From Phoronis australis (Eukaryota; Animalia; Phoronida), in NCBI GenBank assembly GCA_002633005.1, contig NMRA01000055.1, positions 733,881-797,880 on the forward strand: a DNA stretch of 64,000 bases, in the 5' to 3' direction. How positions within the stretch are numbered: position 1 is the stretch's first letter; each line of letters opens with the position of its first letter. The notes beneath the pieces were generated by a model. The model searched no databases and was not told the DNA's origin. It saw nothing but the letters and a program-made list of their open reading frames with translations. Shown here piece after piece: positions 47,164 to 62,100 of this stretch. Both the position numbers and the translations under genes were made by a program.

Positions 47164-50100
47164 ATGTCGGTGAGTTGTGCATGCTTGCCGAACTTAGCAT
47201 GTGTTTCAGTTTCTCGGACACAGTTGGATCAAAAACACGAATAACAACCTTTTGGCTTCAGAAACGAAACGTAATACTAGACCACTCGTGCCGGGGTGTT
47301 TGAGCATGAATTGATAATTTAACTTTCAGTTTTTATTTTGTCTTCTGATTGAATGCTGATTTAGTCTGTGACTCTCATCTGTAAGTCTTCAGCCGTGAAC
47401 TGGTAAGTTACCATCATCTGATCAATTTCATTTCAGTCAGGTGTTCGATAAAAATGCAGTGACCCAATCCTGTACTACTACCACTGCTACAAAGCTATAT
47501 ATGTGGAGTGTAGGAACAGGTTGTTGTATCTTGATTACTTTTAGTGTATTTGATTTTCTGTTTTTTGTTTTGTTCACTGAGTTTTCAGTGTAGACACTGC
47601 CACCATGCATCTGAACTGGGCAAGCAGTTTGCTCAGACGGTGGCCATCTTATAGGACTGTCAGATGACAGATTTTTTGGCAAATTATGCTTCACACTGGC
47701 TAAATGATCAAAGTCAAATTACTGTATTTACCTTTGAGCATGTACGGCCAACTTTGGAGCTCTTTAATGTCTGTAGATCCTTCCATTAGTTGTACAAAAA
47801 CTTTGGTTAAAATAAGATTTCCATGTAATACGTCTTGGCCATTACTCTTGATCAAATTTAAAGAAACTTTTAATGTAGTAAAATTATAATAAAATGGGCC
47901 TAAAGAAGAACCATTTCAAGTCTACTTCAGTTAATAGTAGGTATTTCCCCATCCAAACATGGTGGCAAAATGTCACAGAAATTGACTAACTGTTACACAA
48001 AGTTATAAAGTTGCATGTATGGGCGGATCCAGGATTTTGAGTTGGGGGGGGGGGGGGCNNNNNNNNNNNNNNNNNNNNNNNNNNNNNNNNNNNNNNNNNN
48101 NNNNNNNNNNNNNNNNNNNNNNNNNNNNNNNNNNNNNNNNNNNNNNNNNNNNNNNNNNNNNNNNNNNNNNNNNNNNNNNNNNNNNNNNNNNNNNAAAGTA
48201 TTAGCCAAGACTTTGCCTGTCAGACATTGGCACTCCCGAACTGCCCAATGGAATCTTGGAGAACTTTAAGAGGGGCCATAGCCCCCTTGGCCCCCTCTAA
48301 ATCCGCCAATGGCATGTATACGTGTTTGGAGCTAAAATAGTTGTGAAATGGGAATGTGAAATGGGAATGCCCAGAGACACTGGCACATGTTTTGAAGCCT
48401 TGCTCGTATAAAGTGGTGGTAGGTATTAAGTAAAGCCTAGTCATTTAAAGTAAATTTTTTTAATTTCGGGATGGGTGCACTCAGAAAAGTACCAGTAATC
48501 ACAAACCGAAATTGATTTCAAGCAAGAGCAGTGTTCTCTGATCCCATGAAAATTTTCTTTATCTTTATTTTGATAGAGAAATTTGACAAAATAGAATTTC
48601 ACTCGTTGGCCATATTGTGCGCTAAATAAGTCAAGATTTACCGTAACGGCTGCCATCCCTGCCAGGCTTTACTTAGTTGTTGTGATGTTGTTTATCCTTT
48701 ATGTTGATAATCATGTTAATGATTATGTTAATGTGTATGTTAATGTTAATTCCAATGTACAATTTACTGTTGCAAAAATTCCTGTATCCAGCCATGCAAT
48801 TATAACAACACAAGTTTTCCATGCAACAAAATACTTAAAGGTTCTGTTATCATTGTCGTGGTGTATTTGTGTAATCAATCATAGGTTTGACAGATGAGAG
48901 CTGGCTGATTAATTGGCATATTTTGTTTTGTGAAACTGGTCGAGCAATCATACAAAGACAATCTTCCCTGGCATGCCCCTCTGACTGATTAGTTAAGGTT
49001 GTGTTATGTACTTATTATAAAAGATTGTCAAACATCTATCGTAACCACTTCAGTGTTACAGAATACAAATTCAAAACCATTTGTGTGCACTCTTACTGTT
49101 AAGAACTCAAAAATAATACTCGATAAATAACATTCAAAAAGGTCCAAAAAGAGCATGGGTCTGAAGTTCACCAAAAATGACAAATTACACTGTATAACCT
49201 ACCGTATATGTCGATAGGTTTGTGTCTTTGTGCATGTGTTGTAGTCACATGAAATTTGCCATGTCGTCTTGAGCTTTGACTTGAAAGGCAATGAGCTGCT
49301 CTTGTATTGGCAAGAGCATGTAAAAAGCCTACGACATGTGGATTTAAGCGGGCAAAAATGATCTTGGTTAGTTTTTGTCTTTTTTTTCATATGCATCTTG
49401 ATATTGAGAGTTAATTGTTTTCATAGATGAAACTATTTTTTTTCTCTTCTCAAATTGCCCCAGCACAATCAGCAACCACTCAGACTGCTATTACTACTCA
49501 TTCCAGGTCTGGTAACTGGTGTGGACAGCACTCTATGACTTGTGTGCAAATTTATCTATCTTGTTCATCCTGGGCTGAACAAAAGGATCAGCTTACCCTT
49601 CTAACCTTTGACCTGATAGTTCCTGGCAGTATGAAACATAATTGCCACATGCAGCTCTTAGTGAAGCAGAGGATAGACAATCTTCCTTCTCGGGTTCAGC
49701 ATGTTGAGTGTTCTCAACATTCCTTTCTCATTAACACGGTTCTATTAAGCGAGCTGCAGTTCCTTTCTCACAAACTGCCACTACCCAATACAATGCTGCC
49801 CAGCTAGCACAGGAGTGTAGTGTAATTAGTACAGTTCAGTAGCTACCCTTCATTATCCCAAACTTGATTGAAAACATGACAGTACTTCCTGGTGCACAGC
49901 TTGATATACACTTGCTCTTACTCTCTGCATGGATGGTCTGGTGTGGAGTTGCAAAGCTATTTGCCAGTAGACATTACAAACAAACAAGATGAGGTAGTTG
50001 CTATACAGGCCTTTTCATACTGACTTAACTTTGGTGTGAGCTCCGGAGCGTTGACGTAAACTGCAAAGTTAACTGAACTGTTCATACCGGCTTCGGTGTT

Positions 50101-53100
50101 AACAGACTTCGAAGTAAACGGTAGGTGACACTGTTGTCATCGAGGTCATTGCAGGTAGCACTGCAAGCTAAGATTTTTTTTAATGTGGCAATTTGGTAAC
50201 ATTGACATGTAATAATTGACGTAAAACTTATTTTTAATTCGATTGGTGATTGTTAGAGCAAAATACATGCAGCTATTAGTGACGGCACTACCCTGTACTT
50301 GTTGATGATAACAGTGGCACCTGGCGGTAACATTGATGGGAACAAAGTTGAGCATTCATACTGCACTGCAGCGTCGACGCTCCGCTCTTAAATCCATTTG
50401 TTTACTGCGAAGTTAACTGGCTGTTAACTTTGATCCAGGACCGAAGCTATAAACATTCATACGGACCACAACTCCTCCAAAACATTGACTCATGGACCTT
50501 TATATGAAAGGCCCTTATATTTAAGAGCACATGTCTCATTCTCAGGCACTTGGTAAAATAAACGTGATGGAAACGAAATAAACAGTGAAATAAATGGTGA
50601 CAGCAGGTAGAAAGGCATACGTGCGGAGTGTGAATGCAACACAAGGTTAGATGCCCGCAACGGAGCAGAGCTAGTGTGCAGTAAACACCTGTGAGCTGCT
50701 CATTCAGCACAGGTTTCTCATGACTGAGTAAGTGTGGATTTTCTGAATTCCAACGGTCTTATCATGAATTGTCACTTTTTTCCTTCTCAAGTCATGACCC
50801 ACTGCCCTTCTATTCTTCAAATGTTGCTCATTATCTGCAAATCACAAGGAAATAGGAATTACATGGTCAAGTCATAATTGTGTGAATTAAAAATTAAAAA
50901 ACGTTGGTAATACATTCTGGGGTGGGTTATTCATAATCCACAGGGGGTAATAAAACAATTATCTTATCAGCCAGAACCAAACACATTGTTAAGCTCTATT
51001 TAGTCACAGTTCAACTGGAACAGTAGTATGACTAAGACCAGGGTAGATTTCAATAAAGCTAGGACCTCGTTCGAAAGGCAAGACTTTGCGAGATGATGCG
51101 AGATATTAGAGAGTGTGAGATAACTTGTTCCTTTAACTTATACTTTTACTTATACTTTTATTTAAAAGTAAAAATATAAGTATCAGTCATAGTCATCTTC
51201 AAAATTTGTATGAGATTCTCACATTTCCTTCTGAATGACCTTGACCTCCATGCTTCCTCTTGAGCAGATGGAAAATGAATGATTAACAATTCTGCAATGA
51301 AGAAAGGAGACATCTGGAGTTCATTTCATGGAAATGACTCAAGACTCAAACAAAATTTGGTCTTGCACGCTCACTTGGCAAGTGGTGAATAAACTGGTTA
51401 ATCATGTAATCATCTGTGTGTACTGTAGACTTAAGTAATAAAAAATTATCTCAGTAACAATTACAACTATATTCTCAGATACCTGGCACTTTTGTTCAAA
51501 TCAGAATTAATTATTTATGCGTGAGGCTCGAGACCAAAATTCTGACTTAAGCATTTTTAATGCTATAATATACCTGTGGATTTACTGGCCATACCACTAA
51601 GACGAAAATTTCCGCTGGCAACAACCAGAAACGTCTTGTTGACAGTGTAGTTTTAGTGGACCATAACATCATATTGTTGTGATGGACTGTCCGGTGTTGG
51701 CAGGCATGCAACTCTGGGCGGTCAGAAAACTGCAAGACCTTCTGCCCAGGCACTGTTTGTTGTACTTTAATCTGTCATTGAGGATATGAGTTGCCTGAAG
51801 AATTAAGACAATATTTAATTTCACTTTCCATCCAGTGTGTCCAGCATATATTCCCTGAAGCCCCTAGTTCCCTTCAGAGTCAAAATAGCATTATGAGTAA
51901 CGGGAAAATAGGGGAACATAACTGTACTACGGTAAAGTCGCGTGATTTTGGGACGGCCCGCCATTTTCGACCAAGAATAAATATTTCCGAAATTAGTTTT
52001 TCATAGTCCACGAAATTCGTACAAGGTCCAAAAACTGTTTTTTAATGATCTTCGAACTTCGGACAATGTCATAAACGTCGGATTTTTGCCCCGCGACTTT
52101 CGGACAAGGAAAATTTTAGAAACGCTAATTTGGGATCGACGCAACTCCCGTGTCACTAAAGCGTTCAACGGATGATTACTACTCTATAAGGCTTGAATCT
52201 GAGAATTGGTGTAACGGGCTTTGTAATTTTTACCTTGTCTTGACGATGTCATGACCGTTACTCGATTGTCTTGCGTTTAGCTTGTGTTTGGCGCTTTAGC
52301 TATGGAAAGAGTCACCGAGTCCCGCATGACGAAAATTTCTGATGAAAATACAAATGGGAAATACACCGAAGGCTGCAGTTTTTCGTTGTAGCGTAACATG
52401 TGCTCTGGTTTAATTAGACCGTGTTGTTCGACTTCGGACTGTGACATTGAACTTGCACGCCTGACATCAACTTGCGTGTTTACGAAACGTTTTTATTTTT
52501 AAAACGTCCTGGCCTTTGCAAATGCCCTTGTTAGTGGCTAAAATCTCCGGCGACGTGTCCCGATTTTATTCTGGACGTGATGAGAAATATTTTTTGTTTA
52601 GGCCCCCATTCACAATAGGCCACAGCTAAGTCTGTCCGTAGGATATCGCGCGTTCAAAGTAGTGTAGATAGTGAACAGCAGCAGCTGAATGAGACGGAGC
52701 CAAAGTAAAGCTGGTTAAAAATCAAACATAGTGCAAGGCCCAGCACTTACAGAGACATTGCATCCCTGTCCTATGTTGTGTAAGCGCCGGTGTGCTATAA
52801 CACATATCAAAAACTAATGTACATCCACGTAACCACGTTTCATTACCCTTACAAATTGTCTGTTGCTCTCTGATAAGCATCGCAGATGCAAGAATCTCGC
52901 TAAAGAAGATAGTGTGATCGTGTGCTTCGTTTGCAATGCCTCACCAAACGTCTCGACGTCTTCAGTCTAGCGTGTTCGTGAGATTCTCACCCTTGCGCCC
53001 CTGGTCGCAGACTAGGGTAGAGTTCAGTAGCTGTCTTGGGAAATACAAAAATCTAGCCAAAATCACGCTTTCAATTCAAAAACACAATACATCAGGTAAT

Positions 53101-56100
53101 TTCATGAATTCTTGCTTTTTAGCGAAGTTCTAGCGTTACGAGCTTTACCCCAGATGTAAACCTAAAAAAGATTTAACTTGCGGCGACCCAATTTTGCTTG
53201 CTCATCCACTGGTCTGTGTACTTGTGGTCTTGTTAATTCACACCCTGTACCGTCTGAGGTACAACACCCTGAACTCCATGGTGTCCCGAGATTAAGATGA
53301 ATCCCGACAAGGACACCGGGACCCTGTGGCACTCTCTGTCTGCGGCGGCTAAGAAAATCCTCCACCAATCATTTCGAAAAATGACAAGTCAGTTGAATCA
53401 GATTTGGTAGTCGTTGCTTCTTGTGGTCCTAGGGGTAGGCTAACAAGAATACAGGACCTGGAGTCCGATGCAACGGGCTTGGAACCTGATAAGTGTTTCC
53501 GACCCGGAGTTCGATATCTACTTTCCACAGGACCTTGCCTTCTTGTCCATGTTACCGCCTTCAGTTGATAGTTTTGAGACAAAAAAGAAACGTGATCTTA
53601 AACTACAGACCATGTTTTTTGTATTACTTAATATAGTTTTAGAGGCATTTCAGCTGTAAGTGTGTTTAATTGTGTTGACTGTTACATTGCTAATTATTAT
53701 TGTTCTATTTTTACCCGAGGTGATGCCTTACTTGCAGCAAGGGTAAATAATTTTGGGAAGTATTACCAGCGATTTCCGTATATAAGTTGGGGAAACCAAA
53801 CGTCTTATGTAAAAATACACCAGGGCCTATACTCAGCAATGCCGAATACACGAACACAGTATAAATACTGTAGCTCACCCTAATTATATCCTAGTGGGAA
53901 TAGCATTATTTTTAGATTTCAAGCATGCATTTTTATTCTCAGATATGCATCCCAGGTATATTTTAGGGAAAAATTTAAGATACGCAAATTGGCCATATAT
54001 TCTCCTGGACTTATATACGGAAATCTACGGTGGATCTTCTTAAACCTGTCAACCATGAAAATTTCATTGAGACAGTTTTGTTCTACTAACATGTTCAACT
54101 AACATTCCGTTCATGCAAGTCGGTCAGTACGTTCGCATTTAAGGCGTTATTGCAACAGGTAAGTGTTGTTTTGATTTTTGTTTGGTGTTTCCATATTTTA
54201 TTTTGTTATGTATTCCTGTCTTCAGATAGTCACTGTTATTCTTCAACAACATTTCTGTACTTATAATGAGACTTCAGTAAACTCGCGACTGTTCATACTT
54301 TAAATGTTAGCAGAAGTGTGTAATGTCCATCAGCAGAGACCTGTGGGAAGAACTATTTTCCGTAACTGTAGCAAATATATGACGAAATGAAATGAAAACG
54401 GTCGACATAGATGAATTGTAATTGGTTAAATATACATTAAGAAAGAAAATTAAGTATATAAATAGTAGAATGGTACTTGAATTGCCTGGTTTACGTCCTT
54501 CATGAGTTCACCTGTCCCAAATTGAGTGCTTTCGTTTTTCTTTTCAGGTCGTCACTAGTCGATTCTTCTAACAGTCGTGATCTGCCCAGTATCCTATTGT
54601 ATCAACGTGCGCAACAACGGTCTTGGCAGGGGGTTGCACCTAGTAGACTCCCTTAGAATTAGTGGCGCAAAATCGACATTGGTGTGCAACAGGAGGCCGA
54701 GGGGGGGGGGGGGGGCGGCGTAAATTAGTAGTGACTGACGGAGACTGAGCTGCGCGAAATTGGTGACGACCGTTGACGGCGCTAAACTGGTGACGACCAG
54801 AAGAAACGGCCCTGTTATCTTCCACGCAGATTACCAGAAAATGTTAACGATTATCAGTTTCATTTCATCCACAAAAAGATTTCACAAGTCAGAGTTTTCA
54901 CTGTGGTTAAAAACGTAAGCGAACCCAGATGTGTTAGGTCACCTCAGTTGCATGAAGACGCGCCAGTGTATCACTGAGTTAACATCGGGCGTTTCAAAGG
55001 CTGTGGATGAGAAAGGTTTTAATTGTAAAAAAAAAAGGTTGGGTGAATTTGATGTTGGTAGCATTTGAAATTGCATTTGCTTTCTAGACAACGCCCTTAT
55101 ATATACAATATGTTAGTTAATCGTGTCTTCAGCCGCGCAGCACTGTACTAGTCGACGCATTCCCATCGTTTGCCGCAGTAGGCCTAAACATGTAGAACGA
55201 CAGCGCTTCTTCAACAATTCAGACGACTACCAGGACGACAAATGGGGATCACAAGTCGATGAGAAACTACTCGTTTTATTATCATGATTGTCTTTGTTAT
55301 CTATTTTGGGTAATTGTTCAATCGAAGTTTTCATGTTGAAACTGAGCTTTCAGTTAATATGGAAATAAATGTGTCAAAGTTAACTTGCGTTTCGGTTTGT
55401 AACCAGCAGACAATGCATGGATACGTTTAACAAACATAAATATATGCTATGTTCTTGTCATTGTTCGTCACTTTCTTCATTGAACTCGTTCCCACATCCA
55501 TTACTGTTACGTTTAATGCAAAATTCGTTAAAATTGAGAAAGCGCATGTTTTGATGGTCGGGAACCCTCTTTGTGCGCCGAATACGCAATTCCAGCATTT
55601 TATTGGGAAACCATGCGTTCACAGCGCAAACTCGACATTTTTGTTATTGAGAAAACGCATTTTTACAAAAGAGAATCGGTTGTCTAACGTTTCATGTGCG
55701 TCAACAACGCAAACCAGACCCACTCATTGAAAAGCCCATATTTGTCACCAGGAAGACTCTTCGCAACGCAGCCCGATATTTCAAGTGGGATAGCGCAGTT
55801 TTGAAAAGATTCCGTCACTTGCGGAGAACGGTTTTTGAGCATCGGCAATGCAAGCCGAATATTTCATATTGAGAAAGCACATCTTTGAAAAGAAGAACCA
55901 ACACTTGTTGGGAACGGTCTTTGTGCGTCGACGACGCACATTTCTTATTGGGAAAGCCAGATTTTCAAAAATTAATCGCTCAGACCATTTGAGTCTCATT
56001 TACCTGCAATTATACTGCTATCAAATGACCGAGCCAGCATTGTTGATACTACGACCGCTCATCGAAATAATGTACACCCACGAAATTCGGACACTAGCGG

Positions 56101-59100
56101 AAACCCAAATTTGGAGGTCCGCCAAATTCGGACACCACAAAATGATATTTCGCGAGATTCGTCCAAGAATGAATTTTTTCTATTGGAATTAATTTTCATT
56201 GTCCGAAAATCACGCCACTTTACCGTAATATAATCATCACGTATGTCAACAAAAGGGACATTTTGACGTCGTGGTGGGACTGGGGACAAAGCTTCAAAAG
56301 GTGGGACAATCCTGCCAAAAGCAGCACAATTGTCAACTTATTTGATATTTCTTCTTAAACATAACTGTTGTGGATCATATCAAACAATCGTCCCACAGAG
56401 TGGCTATGCATTTCTCTTGGTGACACAGTAATCATGTGAGTATGGTGGCTGACCTTAGTGACAAAGCTGTGAAGGTGCTTGACCTGTATTAAGATCAGTT
56501 CATATCAGGATATCGGCTAGCTGTTATTTTAGCACCTCTTTTGTTAGGAGTCCAGTGGGATTTCATTCTGCACACCCTGATGGTAAATTTCAGGCAAGAC
56601 TCCTGCACACACTGAGTCACAATTAGTGATACCAGTAAATCATTGTCAGGTTTGTGCTCAGCTAGAGGTAGACAGTGTACTGCATAAGTACTGCAAACAT
56701 TCTCCAGTGTGGGACAGTCTCTAAAATTTGGGACACAGAAATTTTGGGAGAAATTGAATTTTCTTGGTTCTGAAGTTTGAGACATGGTCAGTGTTGGCGT
56801 TCATCACATTTCTAAAATTTTGGACACTCCAGTAAGTCTGAAAATAGACTTGGCAGACCGTAAAGTCATTAAAAATGGCAGACAGCGTAACTTTTTCATG
56901 CGTCCTCATAGTGTGTATTATTGAGGAGAATGAATGACTGTTTGTCATTGATTGTAATTTTTGAAATTTGGGACGACTAATATTGCCTATTTCTAAAATT
57001 TGGTACAAGTTCTGATCTTGAGCAAACTAGTTAATTTTTCACTGCTTCAACTAGAGAATGTTTTAATTACCATAATTGTATTTTGTGTAAATGTTAACTA
57101 CAGTACCGGGTATTTTCTGTTGGCCACAGTTTTATGATGGGCCAGTCATCAGAATACGCAGACTCTATCATGGCTAACCAAGTATGGGTACTATTTGCTT
57201 TGTACACAAATATAGACAATTGTTGACTTTTGAAATAGCCATGCCAGACAGCGAGAAGGTATTTGGTAGACAGGCATTCAGCGCCACCTACAGATCCCAC
57301 GAAATGTGGACGGGAGGTTTAACCTGCTGGTATCAACAGCGTTTCAACGCCTTTCCTTCTATTTTATTGCCAGAAAATTTCCACTGTTGTGCAGTGGAAT
57401 GTACAAATGTCTTGCGAAAAAGGCAGACCTTTTGAAATGTGAATGAATGAGCAAGAACATCATGTTCCATGCATTTCCCACTGCGAAGCAATATCCCCGT
57501 CAAAGCCAGTGGTTGCAGCTGATAAAGCGAGAGAACTTTGATCCCAGCCAATGTCAAAAATAAATTAGTGAACTTTAACTAATCAAACAATGGGAGGGGC
57601 TGACAGTGGTATGTATTCCTCTGGTTTTAAATTAATGAATCGCTATGTAGTATTTGAATTTCTGAGTCCGGTCAATCAGAAGTCATTTTTGTGGTTTCAT
57701 TATTGTAGAGAGCTCCAATATGAAAAGTCCCCAATTGTTACATTTTGAGAACTAGTTCGATGCCTGTTATTCAGTGGGGAAAACTGCATGCGTGGTTCTC
57801 GGATTCGTATAAAACTTTCAGATACTATGCTTTATGCATCGTTCCCCAAAATGCTATTAGGAATTGATCCACTTTTGCATAAGGGCCTATCAAAATGTAG
57901 GACTTATATGATTTTCACGAAGAAAGTCAAAAGTTGTATAAAACGAAAATGAAACTCTAGATAACAGGCTTTGTGAGATTTCGTCTTGAAAAAGAAATTA
58001 GGTCGTGTTATTGAAATCCTTTGTTGTTATCAGTGATATTCGACTAAATACACAGGCTTGTGGCTTTCGTGGATAAGATCTACATACCAGTATATTACCT
58101 TAAGGTCACAGTATCTACCAGCTATCATGTTTATTACCTCTTTGTTAAAGACTCAAGTGTGGCTTAATGGTTGTGCATAACACACAGGTACATAAAGTTA
58201 TGTAGGACCCTAGAAAAACATCCAATTTTAGCGGACTTTGGAACATAGTATCTCGAAAATGGATTCACATGACACTTTCGGATGCTATGCTTTACACTGT
58301 TAGGAATTGTTTTTAAAATTTCCAATTTTGCCCGAGGGATTATCAAAAAAAATTCATAAAAATCATATTCATTTAAGTCTAAATCACATAAAATGAAATT
58401 TAGAAAACTGTAACAGCATTTTTGATCCTGTTTTTTTGCTACCTATGTACCTTTATTTTTCTATATTCTCCTAAGAAAGAATATTTTACATGACGTAATT
58501 AGTGGCAGATTGGCATATGTACAGTTTTTCTAATTTCAGAAAATACATAATTTTTCCGACTTAAATTCCATAGTTTTGCAGATATTTGTACATACAGGCT
58601 TGACAATAAATACTATATGACCTCAAATGCACTGCTGAACACTTCCTTGTTTACAACTCTCTGGTGTTGCGTCTTGTCTATAGCAAGCTAGGTGTGTACT
58701 TTAACTCACTACAGGTGAAACTGTGTTGGATTGTTTAGATTCAGGGCTCATAATTTAATAGATACATTTGACATTAGAAATATCTGAAATATCATAGGTA
58801 TGTATTTATTATTTATTATAGTGACATGGATATATACACAGAATACAATATAAAAACAAAATTAATATACTTTACATGCAGCACATTCCCGTCCTCTTGG
58901 CCTTATAAGTCACCTGAGTACCAATTAACACCCAAATGGTTACACACAATATAGGTAGTTCCTGTGACAATCTACTGCCCTAATCGAAAACCTCGCAAGA
59001 GCTTCTGTATAATTTAGAAACAAGTCTAGAAGGGAGCGTTCGCTTGGAAACTCAATTCTTCAACTATCTGTTGCAAAGGAAAATAACTAAATTTGGATCG

Positions 59101-62100
59101 AAAAATACAAAAAGGTGAATTTTGGTCATTATTTTTGTGCGGAATTTGTGAGATTTTACTGTTCTTGGAAGAGTTCTGAACATTTTTAGCAATGCAATGA
59201 ACTTGTGAAAAATGAATTATAACAGTTTACTGGACACTATTATTTTTTTTTTGAATGCAGGGCAACGTTACCCATACCTCAGACGTAGGACTTTTTAGTC
59301 AAGGAAATACCATGGACTATTTTTATGGAAACTCAAGTCATATTTAAGGAATTTATGAACATTATACCCGGTAATCTAGGTTAATGTTATTGTCACATCT
59401 GGCATGATTTCTAGGTTGAAAAAGCAATGACTACTGGAGCATGGACAACACGGAAATATCCTACTTTAATTCTTCACCTATTCAAGCACACAATATGGTG
59501 GACAAGTGAATTTTTATTTTTCAAATTTTTTAACAAAAATAAATATTAAGGAAAATTTCAGTCTATCGTCATCTTGGTTTGTTGTGTGTAGATGTCATAA
59601 ATAGAGTTTCTAATATTTGCATTAAGTATTAAATCTGCCTTAATAGAAAAATAAAAAAATTGGCATTTTTTTTGCAAAATAAGTGGAGAATTATCGTAAT
59701 ACATAGTAAAACTCGTGAGTTGTACCATTTAGCCTAAACACTGAAAATTTGGTTTACAAGGAATTGAATCATTTTTCATAATTTGCATTCAGAAACCTGG
59801 CCTGATTCCAAAGTACATTCATCGTGCATTGTCAATAGACAAAGTTCTACAAGAACTGCTAGCACCAACAGCCCACACTGTCAAGATGGCTGAAAAAAAT
59901 TGCCGAAGTCATCATTTTTTCTAGCTTTTAACCGATTCATGAAACACGCGTGACTTGCAGCGTGTACGATGTAGGGAAACAACATTTACTTAAGTTCCCA
60001 TTGTATGTCAATATGTCAATCTCAATACGGCGTGGAAATTATGTTGCAAACATTTAATTCCCGTCAGCATGCCATCTGTTGGCCACATCAAGTGGCCTAA
60101 GTGCTTATTGTTTGTACAAAAGTGATCAGACGTTGAAAAATTGAAAAACGACCATTTTGGCAATTAACCTTGTGCAAAGTAAGTGAGGAATTACTGATAG
60201 GTGCAAAATTTATAGGCGCATAACAGGATTCAACAGGTAAGTATGCAGGCGTTCAAGAGATTTGGCGTGAAATTGTAAAATGACTTTGACATGCCGTTAT
60301 TGTGAACAAAATTTGCTTAACCCAATAGGTGTGTCCTGCTTTTATATTTCAGGATGTGGCAGTAAGCAAATTACGTGACATATTTGAGAAACGCCAGAGC
60401 TGCATCATGCCTATGCCAGACCGGGAGAAACCCGGAAAGTTGCCCCCTAAACCTATTGTTGGATTGAAGCCCGCTGTTGCTGCGAAACCTGCGGGGAAAG
60501 TCCCTCCAAGACTTGAAAAAGTCCTTTCACCGAGTGAGGAAGCACCTGAAATTCCTGCTCGCAATGAGGGAAATGTTGCTAAGCGACTTGGGTCTGTGAA
60601 GTCACCCTTGTTTCCAGATGGACCACAAATAAATCTACAAGATATACGGCAAAACCTGAAGAAATTGAATCATGTGGAACGCAAGTCAGTGTCTGTGCTG
60701 ACTGCAAACTTTGAGTGCAAAAATGAATCTGCTCAAGTGAAGACAACACCACCTTTCAAAAAACTCAGAAATATTGATGAAAACAAAAATGGCGGAGAAG
60801 AGAACAAAAACGTTGCAAGTAATGACAGTAGTAAGATGATTGATTCGAGTGCAGAGGATGCTGACGTTTGTTCACCACTCCGTACCCCTCCACCACCGAA
60901 AACTAAACCCAAACCCGTACCACCTTCAAGAAAAGACAGCCTCAGTCACGAGGAAGCAGATGAAATAATAGAGATCAACAACATAAAATACAAGAAGTGT
61001 CATTTACCAGCTTCTTTGGGGGATGCTCCGGAAAAACCTGCCAAGCCACCGAATGCTGTTTTATCAAGAACAAACAGTGCTCATGTGCAGCGGCGACTGC
61101 CAAGTTTACCTCCTGGTGCGTTATTTTTTCTGTCATCACCCTTTTACTTACTTCAGCTCAGCATAACGAAAAATTCAATGACTCTGAATAATTTATTTTT
61201 CACCTTTAGGTCAATTTATTTGGCTTCATGGCTTTTTAACGTCGTCAAAACTTGTTTTTCTACATGTTTCGTTAAATCTCGTACAACTGGGAGCCATTTT
61301 GTTTAGACTTAAGCTTTTCCAACAGTACTTAACCGCCATGTATGTCTTTGATCCAGATTGTTTTACATGTTCCCATCTTTAATAAATTAATCAAAGTTAA
61401 TGAGTAATTCTGCATAATTTTTTCCTGTAATGTGATAATCCTTTCAGCAAAAAAGATTTGATTAGGTCAGGAGCATTGATGGTATGTGGGACCTCATAAA
61501 CATGTCAGAGTTTTCAGCCAAATATCAGCAAAACTAATGAAAATAAAATTGGTGTATTGTTCTGATAATGCTTTAGCGATCAAAGCAAAATGTTGTACAT
61601 GAAAATCTGCTTAGTTGCACTGATTTTTAAATTTCTTTCTTTGACTTGACCAAAGTCTTATATAATTTGCTGTCGACATACCTTTCTTTTTTTGCTAAAT
61701 TTTTAAAAGATTGTAAAAAGTTGACAAGGCTTTCTTCTTTCAGAAAATACATTGTTGTGAGTTAAAATTAATACTTTTCTAGATATTGGGCCAAACGCAG
61801 ACTTGTTGATAAGGTCCTAAGGTCCTACACAACCTTGACATAGCTTTTGGTGATAATTAAAAGTATGTTGAATCCAAAGTTTAGAAACCTTAGAATTAAT
61901 TTCTCGACAAATATTTTCAGGTGGCAGAAGTAACCAAGCTGTGTCGCTAATGTAAGTGATTGAATATTTTAAGTGTCAGTGTCATTGTATGAAAACTGAC
62001 AATTTTTGGACATATTCTACGGCGCGTACTTGTATTTCCAAACTAGTGAGATCACGTGCTTGATTTGTAATGATGCATGGCAATATTTTACGAAGATGTG

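Noticed and set aside
53160-53660. GC-richer stretch with several short ORFs, possibly a transposase remnant
   Set aside because: No DDE, HTH or RT motif was recognised in the frames I read, so it is not called without a homology search.
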